A model generated the notes under the pieces. It was given only the letters and a program-made list of their open reading frames with translations. It did no database searches and was not told the DNA's origin. The translations under genes were made by a program, and so were the position numbers. A stretch of DNA of 64,000 nt, from positions 640,001 through 704,000 of the forward strand of contig OZ253496.1 in assembly GCA_965262115.1 (NCBI GenBank), in the 5' to 3' direction. The stretch comes from Nitrospinales bacterium (lineage in GTDB: Bacteria > Nitrospinota > Nitrospinia > Nitrospinales > VA-1). Positions 47,505 to 56,994 of this stretch are shown here, one piece after another (the first letter of the stretch is position 1; each line of letters begins with the position of its first letter).

Positions 47505-47537
47505 CCATTTATAAAATCAGACAATCGCAATAACCCG

Positions 47538-48188
47538 CTAGTTAGTCTTTCGCACCACAACCGCATCCAGTTGATAATCACTTCGCGCCAGGTGGGCCGC
47601 TTCCTGCGCTTTCTGCTCATCCACATACCTGCCCAGAAAAACCCGGTGCCAGGTTCCGCCATGATCGACAAGTTCTGTTTGCATTAAAAACGCGTCGAAT
47701 CCGTTTTCCTGCAGGTGTATTTTCAAAGCTCCCGCGCGCGCTTCATCCCGGAACGAACTCACTTGAACGGCATAGCGAGGTGGCTCTTTAATTTCAGGGA
47801 TGACGCTTGTTGTGCTTTTCGGGTTCTGTTTAATTTCAGGTTTTGCGACAGGTTCTAATTTCGCCGTTTTTTCTGCAGGAGGCGTGGACGCTTTTATTCT
47901 GGCAGGAACCACTGCACTTTTCTCAGGTGAAAGCACGGTCGGCATCAGCCTACCCTTGAGGTCCACATACTGGGTCATTGTCGGATCATTCAAAGTCTTG
48001 AAAAACGTATAATCCAGTTTAGGAGAAATAGGCTCTTCAACTTTTTTACGAATGAACTCAGGCTTAATGGCCCTTAGTTTTTTAGGAGATACCGCATTCC
48101 ACAGGAATTCACTGATGGTCCCCGAAAAATGCAACCCCGCCGCAAAAGCCATCCCAAGAATTAATACAAAGAGAAGTCTCATAAACAA
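47538..48188 (-). CDS. SPOR domain protein (FtsN-like)
   Basis: YTFFKTL, YAVQVSSF, WHRVFLG; downstream of argS. Confidence 0.85.
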   Translation of the reverse strand: MFMRLLFVLILGMAFAAGLHFSGTISEFLWNAVSPKKLRAIKPEFIRKKVEEPISPKLDYTFFKTLNDPTMTQYVDLKGRLMPTVLSPEKSAVVPARIKASTPPAEKTAKLEPVAKPEIKQNPKSTTSVIPEIKEPPRYAVQVSSFRDEARAGALKIHLQENGFDAFLMQTELVDHGGTWHRVFLGRYVDEQKAQEAAHLARSDYQLDAVVVRKTN

Positions 48189-48262
48189 ATTGATTTAGAG
48201 AGTAAAACCTCTTTAAGCCGAGCTAAATTTTTGCCTGCCTACGAACGCTATTGCAACAGCCT

Positions 48263-48575
48263 CCCACGCCTAGTGGCGGAGTACCTCCGCTGGTAATGAG
48301 TGATGGCTTTTTACCGCTAGCAACGACTCTCCCTCCTAGCTTAACGAGTTCTTGCTCATTGGCCCCACGCCTAGTGGCGGAGTACCTCCGCTGGTAATGA
48401 GTGGTGGCTTTTTACCGCTAGCAACGACTCTCCCTCCTAGCTTAACGAGTTCTTGCTCATTGGCCCCATGCCTAGTGGCGGAGTACCTCCGCTGGTAATG
48501 AGTGATGGCTTTTTACCGCTAGCAACGACTCTCCTAGCTTAACGAGTTCTTGCTCATTGGCCCCACGCCTAGTGG
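48263..48575 (-). repeat. tandem repeat, units 101/101/97 bp plus 14-bp partial
   Basis: units start at 48263, 48364, 48465, 48562. Confidence 0.95.
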
Positions 48576-50234
48576 TCACATTTTTTCAGGAGACGAGATA
48601 CCCATCAATTCGAAACCATTACGAATGGTGGTTCTCAAAGCGTCCAGCAAAAATAATCGCGCCAGCGTGAGCGACTTATCATCAGAGATGACCCGATGCC
48701 TGCTGTAATAACCATGAAACCGGGAAACCAGATCGTGCAGGTAATGAGAAATCCGATGCACCTCCAACGCCCGGGCGCTTTTTTCCACCACTTCAGGGAA
48801 AGCCAGGATCGCCCGGATAATCGCGAACTCCTCCTCTTCTACCAGAGGGGAAAGATCCACGTCGGCAGACCTGTTCCATGCCACGCCTTTTTCTTCGGCG
48901 GTGCGGAAGATACTGCAGATTCGGGCATGTGCATATTGAATATAAAAAACCGGATTATCCGGGGTTTCCTTTTTAGCCAACTCCAGATCAAAATCCAGAT
49001 GCGTGTCGGAACTGCGCATCAGAAAATAATAACGTGCCGCATCGACCCCAACCTCCTTCACTACATCCGCCAGTGTTTCAAATTCACCGGACCGGGTGGA
49101 CATGGACACTTTTTCGCCCGTCCGCAATAGACTGACAAACTGAACCAAAAGAATCTTGAAGATATTTTTGTCATAACCCATAGCTTCCAAAACCGCCGCC
49201 ATGCGCGGCACATAACCGTGATGATCGGCGCCCATCAGGTTGATGAGTTTTTTAAAACCTCGGTTGATCTTGTTCTGATGATAGGCGATGTCTGAGCAGA
49301 AATAGGTTCGCTCTCCGGTCTGTTTGACAATGACCCGATCCTTATCATCATCGAATGCCGAAGACTTCAGCCAGACAGCCCCGTCTTTTTCATAAACATG
49401 GCCCTCGCCATCCAACCAGTCAACGGCCTTCTCTATCGATTTATCTTCATAAAGCGATTGCTCACTGAACCAGTTGTCAAAAGTCACGCGGAATTCAGAA
49501 AGGTCTTTTTCAATACCTTTAAGAATATTATCCTTCGCGAATTTTCTGAAAAAAGGAATGCACTCTTCCTCAGGCTTGTTTAAAAACTCCTTCCCCTCTT
49601 GGTCAACGATTTCGCCAACGATATCTTTAATATATTCCCCTCGATAATGGTCTTCGGGAAACTCAATGGCCTCACCCAGCAGTTCCCGATACCGGAGCCA
49701 GGTGGACCGGCCGAGGAGGTTCATCTGGTTACCCACATCATTGATGTAGTATTCAGCACTCAAATCATATCCGGCTTTTTTCAAAATCCTTGCCAGCGCA
49801 TCACCAACGGCAGCCCCCCTCCCATGCCCAACATGTAAAGGACCCGTGGGATTCGCGCTGACAAACTCGATCAAAACTTTGGTGCCCTGCCCGAAATCAG
49901 ACCTGCCAAAGTCTTCTCCCTGCGACACAGCATTTCTGAGCCGTTCCAGGAAAAACTCCTGAGACATTTTAATATTGATGAATCCCGGCCCGGCGATTTC
50001 TGCCTGGCTCAATTCACCATTTTTAAGGTAACGGGTAACACTCTCGGCAATCACTTTCGGATTCTTGCGCTCACTCCGTGCCAGCGTCATGGCAACATTG
50101 GTTGAAAAGTCTCCCAGTGTTTCGTCCTTGGGCTTTTCCACCACAATTTCAGGAAACGGGGAAAGCTCCAGCTCTCCGGCCTGCCGGGCTTTTTCCAAGG
50201 CATCATGAATAATTTTTTTAATTGCGGTTTTCAT
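48576..50234 (-). CDS. argS: arginyl-tRNA synthetase
   Basis: FVSANPTGPLHVGH, GADHHGY, MSTRSG, YIQYAHAR. Confidence 0.98.
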   Translation of the reverse strand: MKTAIKKIIHDALEKARQAGELELSPFPEIVVEKPKDETLGDFSTNVAMTLARSERKNPKVIAESVTRYLKNGELSQAEIAGPGFINIKMSQEFFLERLRNAVSQGEDFGRSDFGQGTKVLIEFVSANPTGPLHVGHGRGAAVGDALARILKKAGYDLSAEYYINDVGNQMNLLGRSTWLRYRELLGEAIEFPEDHYRGEYIKDIVGEIVDQEGKEFLNKPEEECIPFFRKFAKDNILKGIEKDLSEFRVTFDNWFSEQSLYEDKSIEKAVDWLDGEGHVYEKDGAVWLKSSAFDDDKDRVIVKQTGERTYFCSDIAYHQNKINRGFKKLINLMGADHHGYVPRMAAVLEAMGYDKNIFKILLVQFVSLLRTGEKVSMSTRSGEFETLADVVKEVGVDAARYYFLMRSSDTHLDFDLELAKKETPDNPVFYIQYAHARICSIFRTAEEKGVAWNRSADVDLSPLVEEEEFAIIRAILAFPEVVEKSARALEVHRISHYLHDLVSRFHGYYSRHRVISDDKSLTLARLFLLDALRTTIRNGFELMGISSPEKM

Positions 50235-50311
50235 TCAGGCTTTATCTTAAAAATTATGATGAATAATAGTGACCGGGAAAACAGGGGTCAGATACCAGGC
50301 AGGCAACAGGG

Positions 50312-50626
50312 TCAATCTTTCCGGCTACGGACAGCTTCCACTTCTTTTTCCATTTCTTCTTCCAGAGTTTTCTTATCCGTTCGAAATTGTTCCTCTAGTT
50401 CTGCTTTTCTGGCTCCAATTTCTTCAGGGGGAACCCGATCTGGCAATTTGCGGATTTTATCATTGGAGGTCACATCCCGGTCGGCAATCCTCGCGGCATA
50501 TTCTTTTCTGATCTCGGCAATCCCCTGTTTTTGTTTTTTGGTCAGCTTTTTCTGATTTTTCAACTCTGGAGCCAGCTTGTCAGAGCGTTCCAGGCTCAAT
50601 TCCCAAGCGCTTTTTAATCCCGACAT
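50312..50626 (-). CDS. hypothetical helical protein
   Basis: GAGG RBS; MSGLKSAWELSLER. Confidence 0.7.
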   Translation of the reverse strand: MSGLKSAWELSLERSDKLAPELKNQKKLTKKQKQGIAEIRKEYAARIADRDVTSNDKIRKLPDRVPPEEIGARKAELEEQFRTDKKTLEEEMEKEVEAVRSRKD

Positions 50627-50788
50627 ACCTATCCTCAAAAAAAGTTTAACTGCTTAATTATAAAGGAATTATTAAACAGACTCAATAGACATATCGAGAA
50701 ACATACTTAGGTTAATAATAAATATTATTGAGACATTGGAGGATTTTAGGACTATATTATTGGTTGGTGTATCTGACATGGATTTAAA

Positions 50789-51058
50789 ATGAATATCACC
50801 AGAAAAAACAAGTTGTTGCTTGCCATATTCGCACTCGTTATATGTGTGTTGTCGGCAAACCTCTCTTCAGCGTCTATGCACCATATGGATGATTCTGACT
50901 GCATGATGCAAATGACCTGCAACCACTGTTTTATCTCTGCCGTAGTCCAATCTCAAGATTTTAAATACTCTGATGCAACCAACGCTCAATTCTCGGAGAC
51001 CCCATTTCTATCCGAAATCTGTCGACAAGCCCCACTCCCCCCACCTCCAAAAATTTAA
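50789..51058 (+). CDS. small His/Met/Cys-rich leader-type protein (DUF2946-like)
   Basis: signal-like N-terminus, MHHM, CNHC, C-terminal PLPPPPK; upstream of the copper oxidase. Confidence 0.6.
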   Translation: MNITRKNKLLLAIFALVICVLSANLSSASMHHMDDSDCMMQMTCNHCFISAVVQSQDFKYSDATNAQFSETPFLSEICRQAPLPPPPKI

Positions 51059-51201
51059 TTCATTCCCTTAAAATCCAAAAGTTCCTTCAACGCCATGGCA
51101 GCGTTGCGCCAACCAATGCCATTTTTCTGTATTTGAAATCCGGCCTTTTGCCTTGATCGCATTGCGCATCACATTGAAGCTTATTTAAGGAATATAGCTC
51201 T

Positions 51202-53340
51202 ATGAAAAAACCAGCAAATGTTTCATTAATTCTATTTTTACTGTTCTGGATTCCTACAGCATCCTGTCTCGCCAGCATTGTCGAATATAATCTTGATATC
51301 GGCTATAAGACGGTGAATATCACTGGCAAAGATGTAAAAGCCATGGCTTTAAATGATTCTATCCCCGGACCTACACTACGCTTTCGTGAAGGAGATATAG
51401 CTCGAATCCGTTTCAAAAACAGTATGGATGTAGCAACATCGGTTCATTGGCATGGGATTCTTTTACCTTACCGTCAGGACGGTGTCCCTTATGTAAGCAA
51501 TCCCCCCATTGAGCCAGGAGAGACGAAAAAATTCGAGTTTACCATTAGACAGTCAGGTACCTATTGGTTTCATTCCCATACAGGCTTGCAAGAACAACGT
51601 GGTGTCTATGGATCTATCGTAATCACCCCAAAAGAGGGAGAACGAGTTTCATCAGACCAAGACAAGGTTATAGTTTTATCTGATTGGACCGATGAAAACC
51701 CGGATGAGATCTTGCGCGCTTTAAAAAGTGGCAGTGACTATTACAGCTTACAAAAAGGCACCATGCAAAGCCTGTTGGGGGCGGCGAAAGAAGGTGCCTT
51801 ATTGGATGTATTTAAGCGCAGCCAAATGCGTATGCCCCCTATGGATATTTCCGATGTCGCCTATGGCGCCTTTCTAGCTAATGGGAAAGAAGAAACAACG
51901 ATACCAGCCAAACCTGGCGAAAAGTTACGCCTGCGTTTTATCAATTCTGCTACGGCCACTTATTTCTATCTTCAGTTTGCAGGAGGTCCGGTTCAAATCG
52001 TTTCAGCGGATGGGAAAGATGTTCAGCCGGTGAACGCAGATCGTTTTCTCATGGCTATTGCTGAAACCTATGATCTTATCGTAGCGGTTCCTGAAAATGG
52101 CTCGTATGAATTCCGAGCCACAGCTCAGGATGGCTCCGGACACACATCCATATTTATCGGCAGTGGAAAACGCGTCTTTGCTCCCGATGTACCTGAGCCC
52201 AATCTTTATAAGATGAAAATGTCCATGGGTCATGATGGTGGGATGAAAATGAAGAGCATGGGTTCAAAGAAAAAAATTCCTGCAGACCAAAGTAAAATGG
52301 AAATGAAGGGTATGCATTCAAAGATGAAAATGCCAATGGGTAACAGTATGGATAAAGTGATGGACATGGCTTCAATGAATGCTGGTGATGAGCGTCCATT
52401 GTCCCCATACAAAAAACTGCGCTCTGTTGGAAAATCAACATTACCCAAGAAAAATCCAACACGAGAAGTAGTACTAACTCTAACAGGAGATATGGAGCGC
52501 TATATATGGTCCATAAATGGAGAAATCATGTCCGCTGAAAATATGTTACGAATTCGCCACGGTGAGAATGTGCGATTTGTACTTGTTAACAAAACGATGA
52601 TGCATCACCCGATGCATCTGCATGGACATTTCTTTAGGGTGATCAATGGGCAGGGAGACTACTCGCCTCTCAAGCACACCGTGGACGTTCCCCCTTTAGC
52701 CACACAAATCACCGAGTTTGAGGCCGATGAATACAATGACTGGTTCTTCCATTGCCATATCCTCTACCACGCAAAAGCCGGGATGGCGCGTGTGGTCAGC
52801 TATGAAGACAAAAAATTGGACATGGATATCAAAAAAATCCGCCATAAACTCTATAAGGATTCGTGGTATCCCACAATCATAGGAACGGCCCAGTCTCACA
52901 TGACGGATGGCGTCGCGGTTTTTAGCAACTCCAAAAACATTCTAAGCACAACATGGCAAGTCGGTTGGCAACGGGTTGATCAAACAGATTATGATGTAGA
53001 ATTGGCCTATGACCGCTATTTCAACCGGTTTTTTAATTTATTTGCCGGGGTAAACCTTACCAACGATTATGAACGGGGTATTTTAGGAATACGATATCTT
53101 CTTCCATTTAATATTGAAAGCACTTTACGGTTAGATAGCGAGGGAGAGCTTCGCATAGAGCTGGCTCAAGAATTTCAGTTAACCAATCGCTTTGGGATTT
53201 TTGGCGATATAGAATATGACAGCGAATCCAAGGAGGAGTGGTTGCTGGGCGGAAAATACGCTCTGTCAAAAAATATTGCTCTGACTGGCCAGTACCATTC
53301 AGATTTTGGCGTGGGCGCCGGGCTGGAATTCCGCTACTAA
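51202..53340 (+). CDS. multicopper oxidase (CopA/PcoA-like) with C-terminal beta-rich domain
   Basis: HWHG, WFHSH, HPMHLHGH, HCHILYH; Met-rich linker. Confidence 0.92.
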   Translation: MKKPANVSLILFLLFWIPTASCLASIVEYNLDIGYKTVNITGKDVKAMALNDSIPGPTLRFREGDIARIRFKNSMDVATSVHWHGILLPYRQDGVPYVSNPPIEPGETKKFEFTIRQSGTYWFHSHTGLQEQRGVYGSIVITPKEGERVSSDQDKVIVLSDWTDENPDEILRALKSGSDYYSLQKGTMQSLLGAAKEGALLDVFKRSQMRMPPMDISDVAYGAFLANGKEETTIPAKPGEKLRLRFINSATATYFYLQFAGGPVQIVSADGKDVQPVNADRFLMAIAETYDLIVAVPENGSYEFRATAQDGSGHTSIFIGSGKRVFAPDVPEPNLYKMKMSMGHDGGMKMKSMGSKKKIPADQSKMEMKGMHSKMKMPMGNSMDKVMDMASMNAGDERPLSPYKKLRSVGKSTLPKKNPTREVVLTLTGDMERYIWSINGEIMSAENMLRIRHGENVRFVLVNKTMMHHPMHLHGHFFRVINGQGDYSPLKHTVDVPPLATQITEFEADEYNDWFFHCHILYHAKAGMARVVSYEDKKLDMDIKKIRHKLYKDSWYPTIIGTAQSHMTDGVAVFSNSKNILSTTWQVGWQRVDQTDYDVELAYDRYFNRFFNLFAGVNLTNDYERGILGIRYLLPFNIESTLRLDSEGELRIELAQEFQLTNRFGIFGDIEYDSESKEEWLLGGKYALSKNIALTGQYHSDFGVGAGLEFRY

Positions 53341-53419
53341 AGTCGGCTCCTGGCCGTTCCAGCAAAATAATTCTTATGGTTTGTTTTATTTATGCCCGTT
53401 TGCTATTCTGGGCCTTGAT

Positions 53420-54142
53420 ATGGAAACACCAAAACGAGAGCCTCTTTTAAGGGAATTAAAAAATTATCTCGCCCATTTGAAAGACGTGGGATATACAGAA
53501 ATTCCATGCGAGGCAGAATTATTTGCAAATGTCCAACAACAGGCAGCCCAACCCTCTCTATCACTCGATGAAATGGCTAATAATAAATCCCTTACCGTAG
53601 TGCAAAAAGAGCTGGGCGACTGCACCCGGTGCAAACTTTCAGAAGGAAGAAAGAATATCGTCTTCGGCTCGGGAAATCCCAAAGCCGATCTTGTTTTCGT
53701 CGGAGAAGGACCGGGTGCCGATGAGGACGAACAAGGACTCACTTTCGTAGGCCGGGCAGGAAAAAAGCTGACAGAAATTATTGAAAAGGGTATGGGACTG
53801 GATCGGGAAAAGGACACCTATATCTGCAATATCGTCAAATGCCGACCACCGGGCAACCGGGATCCTGAAGCGGAGGAAATTGCCGCCTGCAATCCCTTCC
53901 TGATCCAGCAATTAAAAGCCATCAAACCCAAAGTCATTGTCGCGCTGGGCAAACCTGCATCCTCAACACTTTTGGGAAGGACCGTGTTCATCACCAAAGA
54001 GCGCGGCACCTGGCATGAGTATGCAGGCATCAAGTTAATGCTCACTCTCCACCCGTCCTATCTGATTCGGTTTTATACTCTGGAAAACCGCAGGGCCGTC
54101 CATGAGGACATGAAAAAAGTGTTGAAGGAGTTGAAGAAATGA
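53420..54142 (+). CDS. uracil-DNA glycosylase family 4
   Basis: CTRCKL, GEGPG, KCRPP.NR, HPSY. Confidence 0.93.
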   Translation: METPKREPLLRELKNYLAHLKDVGYTEIPCEAELFANVQQQAAQPSLSLDEMANNKSLTVVQKELGDCTRCKLSEGRKNIVFGSGNPKADLVFVGEGPGADEDEQGLTFVGRAGKKLTEIIEKGMGLDREKDTYICNIVKCRPPGNRDPEAEEIAACNPFLIQQLKAIKPKVIVALGKPASSTLLGRTVFITKERGTWHEYAGIKLMLTLHPSYLIRFYTLENRRAVHEDMKKVLKELKK

Positions 54143-54712
54143 AGTCGGCACAGGAAAGCCTGAGTCGGCTCAAAAAAATATTGAGCAGGTCATTTTTGGA
54201 AAAAGCGAAACCATTGACCTTGCCATCATCTGCCTTCTTGCCAAAGGCTACCTGCTCATTGAAGACGTTCCCGGTGTCGGCAAAACCTCTCTGGCCCATT
54301 GTCTGGCCAACTCGCTGCAACTCGATTTCAAACGTATCTAATTCACCAACGATCTTTTACCGGCAGATATCACCGGTGTTTCCATTTACGGCCAAGAGGA
54401 CAAACGTTTCCATTTTCAAAAGGGTCCGCTGTTCGCGAATATAGTGCTGGCCGACGAAATCAATCGTTCGACACCGCGCACCCAAAGCGCTTTGCTGGGA
54501 GCGATGAACGAAAAACAGATTTCTGCCGACAACAACACCTATATCCTTGAAGAACCTTTTATGGTGATCGCAACCCAGAACCTGATAGAAAGCCAGGGTG
54601 CCTATCCCCTGCCGGAATCGCAGTTAGACCGCTTCATGTTCCATATGTCCATGGGTTATCCTTCCCCAGATGATGAACGGCGCCTGTTACAGGAACCTCG
54701 ACTCAGCCCGGC
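54139..54712 (+). pseudogene. moxR: MoxR AAA+ ATPase (frameshift, nonsense, 3' deletion)
   Basis: shifted frame EDVPGVGKT; TAA at 54339; LADEINR, PLPESQLDRF. Confidence 0.85.
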
Positions 54713-54999
54713 AAGGGATTGGGCTTCATCGTGATTTTGATTGGGGTGGGACTCGGGGCGATCAACACCGGCAACAATCTTTCATATTTGATTCTGGCCA
54801 TGTGTTGCAGTTTCATCGTCGTCTCCGGGATTTTGTCCAAAATGAGCTTGAAAAAACTCAGCGTTGAATGCGAGGCACCCGCTTATCTTTATGCACAGGA
54901 ACCCGGCTCTCTGAAGCTCCGCAATCACAAAAATTGGGAACCCTCCTATTCCATTCGCGTTAAAGCAGCTCAATCCCGTCAACTCTTCTCTCCGGAACC
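54713..54999 (+). pseudogene. DUF58-type protein, N-terminal fragment
   Basis: GAINTGNNL motif following moxR; cut off at the MITE end at 55000. Confidence 0.7.
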
Positions 55000-55019
55000 G
55001 AGAGCTTTGCATAACCCCG

Positions 55020-55097
55020 ACCCCTGCGGGGCATGAAGTTTAAGGAAATACCCGTGCCGGGCATGAAGACTAATGTTGGGGATATTACAAATATCAC
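55020..55097 (-). repeat. two nested 38-40 bp mini-elements
   Basis: inner copy 55049-55088 lies within outer copy 55020-55048 + 55089-55097. Confidence 0.65.
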
Positions 55098-55156
55098 GTC
55101 TTCGTCACGTTGTTCCTCAGAATGACAAAACAGCCTTTTATTGTCATGCTGAGCTA

Positions 55157-55194
55157 GTGATATTCGACCTTTGCCTTCTTGCCCCGTAGGGGTA
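55157..55194 (+). repeat. 38-bp mini-element inside a GTCATGCTGAGC...TCGAAGCATCT palindrome
   Basis: GTGATATTCGACCTTTGCCTTCTTGCCCCGTAGGGGTA. Confidence 0.7.
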
Positions 55195-55239
55195 TCTCGA
55201 AGCATCTCGCTTTTCTGCTTTATCGACTTACACAAAGCT

Positions 55240-56529
55240 TGATCTTCCCCTGTTTTAGTGGACAGTTAGTTAAGAGGCATAGGCCTGTTTCTCGAATTCG
55301 GCAGGGCTGAGATAGCCGAGATATTAGTGACGGCGTTGCCGATTATAAAACACTTCGATATATTCAAAAATATCCTTCTTTGCTTGCTGACGGGTTTTGT
55401 AGTTCCGGTTATGAATGAGTTCCACTTTGAGAGTATGGAAAAAACTCTCCGCCACGGCGTTATCCCAGCAATCGCCCTTCCGGCTCATACTGCACTCTAT
55501 CCCATGAACATTGAGCAAGGCTTGAAAATCGTTGCAGGCATATTGAACCCCCCGGTCAGAATGGTGAATCAATCCCGGTTTCATGCCGCCGTTCTTCATT
55601 GCCATATTTAAAGCTCTCATTACCAACCAACGGGTTATCCAACGATCCATGGCCCAACCAATAACTTTACGGTGGAATAAATCCAGCGTCACCACAAGGT
55701 ATAACCAGCCCTCTTGAGTCGGGATATAGGTGATATCCGAAACCCAGCATTGACCGGGCTCAGCAACATTAAACCGCCGTTGCAGTTTGTTTTTTGCCAC
55801 CGGGTGATTATGTTTGGAATCGGTTGTCACCCTGAACTTTCTTTTGTGCTTGGCAACGATTCCATGCTCGCGCATAAGACAGGCAATACGATGCCTGCCA
55901 ATGGCATATCCCTTGTCTTTCAAGTCCTCATGAATTCTGGGACTGCCATAAGTCTGGCGACTCTTCTTATAAACGGTTTTGATCTCATCAACCCATCGCT
56001 GCTTCTCACGGCTCCTCAGGCTCTCGGGGCGGCTCAGCCAGGCATAGAACCCACTTCGTCCCACTTCCAGAACCCGGCACATCGGGCTTACCGGAAATGC
56101 TTCTCGATGATCCCGTATAAACCGATATCTCATTGGGAACCCTTCGAGTACCCCTTCGGGGCATGAAGACAAATGAAGAGGACATCACAAAGATAACTGC
56201 CGCCTTTTTTAATATGTCCCGCTCCATACGAAGGCGAGCGTTTTCTCGCCGCAACTGCTGCAACTCATCTCCCGGCTTAAGCTGTCCTTTGCCGGGAAAC
56301 GCATTCCCCTGATCCTCCTCATACTCCTGTTTCCAGCGACCCAGAAGGGCAGAACGGATTCCCAGATCCCGGGACACCCGGGCAATGCTATCGCCTACTT
56401 CAATAACCAATCGAACCGCTTCTAACTTGAATTCTTTACTGAAACTCCTGCGTTTGGTTCCCATAAAAACACCTCCAAAAGTGTATTATCCACACTTTTC
56501 GATGTGTCCACCAATTCAGGGGAAGATCA
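55240..56529 (-). mobile_element. IS3-family element copy 2 (1290 bp), inactive-looking
   Basis: same IRs as copy 1; orfA from 56464, orfB from 56133 with premature TAA at 55324-55326; no TSD. Confidence 0.95.
56148..56188 (-). repeat. 41-bp mini-element in the IS3 orfA/orfB junction; empty IS110 target
   Basis: removing it restores KKAAVIFSKGSQ* with an ATGA overlap to orfB. Confidence 0.85.
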
Positions 56530-56625
56530 GGGATTAGGGGAGGGTTGGATTATGAATTCCGTAAAAATAATCCACACCCCTCCGCGGCTACGCCTTGCCT
56601 CCCCTCATGAGAGGGGAGGATCAAT
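56530..56625 (-). repeat. inverted copy of 16517-16594 (CCCCTC-type palindromes)
   Basis: near-identical reverse complement with a small hairpin insertion. Confidence 0.85.
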
Positions 56626-56965
56626 TCATGCCCCGCCAGGCTACCCCAATGCCTATACAGAAATCGTTTTAAGGACCCACCTTCCCGATTCCGGTACGAA
56701 GGGGAAAAATGTGAGCAGTCGCAATCACATCATCGTTTTATCAACAGATATCGTGATTGCCTTGCCCGGCGGATTTGGCACCCGCTCCGAAATTGAACTG
56801 GCGCTGGAATATGAAAAACGATTCATCCTGTTCAGTCCCAGCGGGGAATGGAAAGAGTTTGAACGACGGGCCGAAACAGCAACCACCCTGCAAGGGGTTT
56901 TGCAAAAGTTAATGCAAGCATTAGTTAATTATGGGTTTTCAGGTTCTGGGAAGAGTAAAAGCTAA
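56626..56965 (+). pseudogene. C-terminal fragment of a LOG/Rossmann-fold family protein
   Basis: GYPNAY, SRNHIIVLSTDIVIALPGGFGTRSEI; N-terminus missing. Confidence 0.7.
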
Positions 56966-56994
56966 GTTGGCTAAGGAGGGAAAGAGGCAGGAAT

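Larger units (their letters stand above)
55000..55239. mobile_element. MITE of the same TIR family, carrying REPs and three mini-elements
   Basis: GAGAGCTTTGCATAAC ... ACTTACACAAAGCT then IS3. Confidence 0.65.

Noticed and set aside
48263..48575. CRISPR array
   Set aside because: Units are almost identical along their whole length, with no unique spacers and no cas genes in the window.
56625..56645. Sixth mini-element copy (ttcatgccccgccaggcta)
   Set aside because: No GNA hairpin or GTRAT start; it reads as coding sequence (HAPPGYPN) of the LOG-like fragment.
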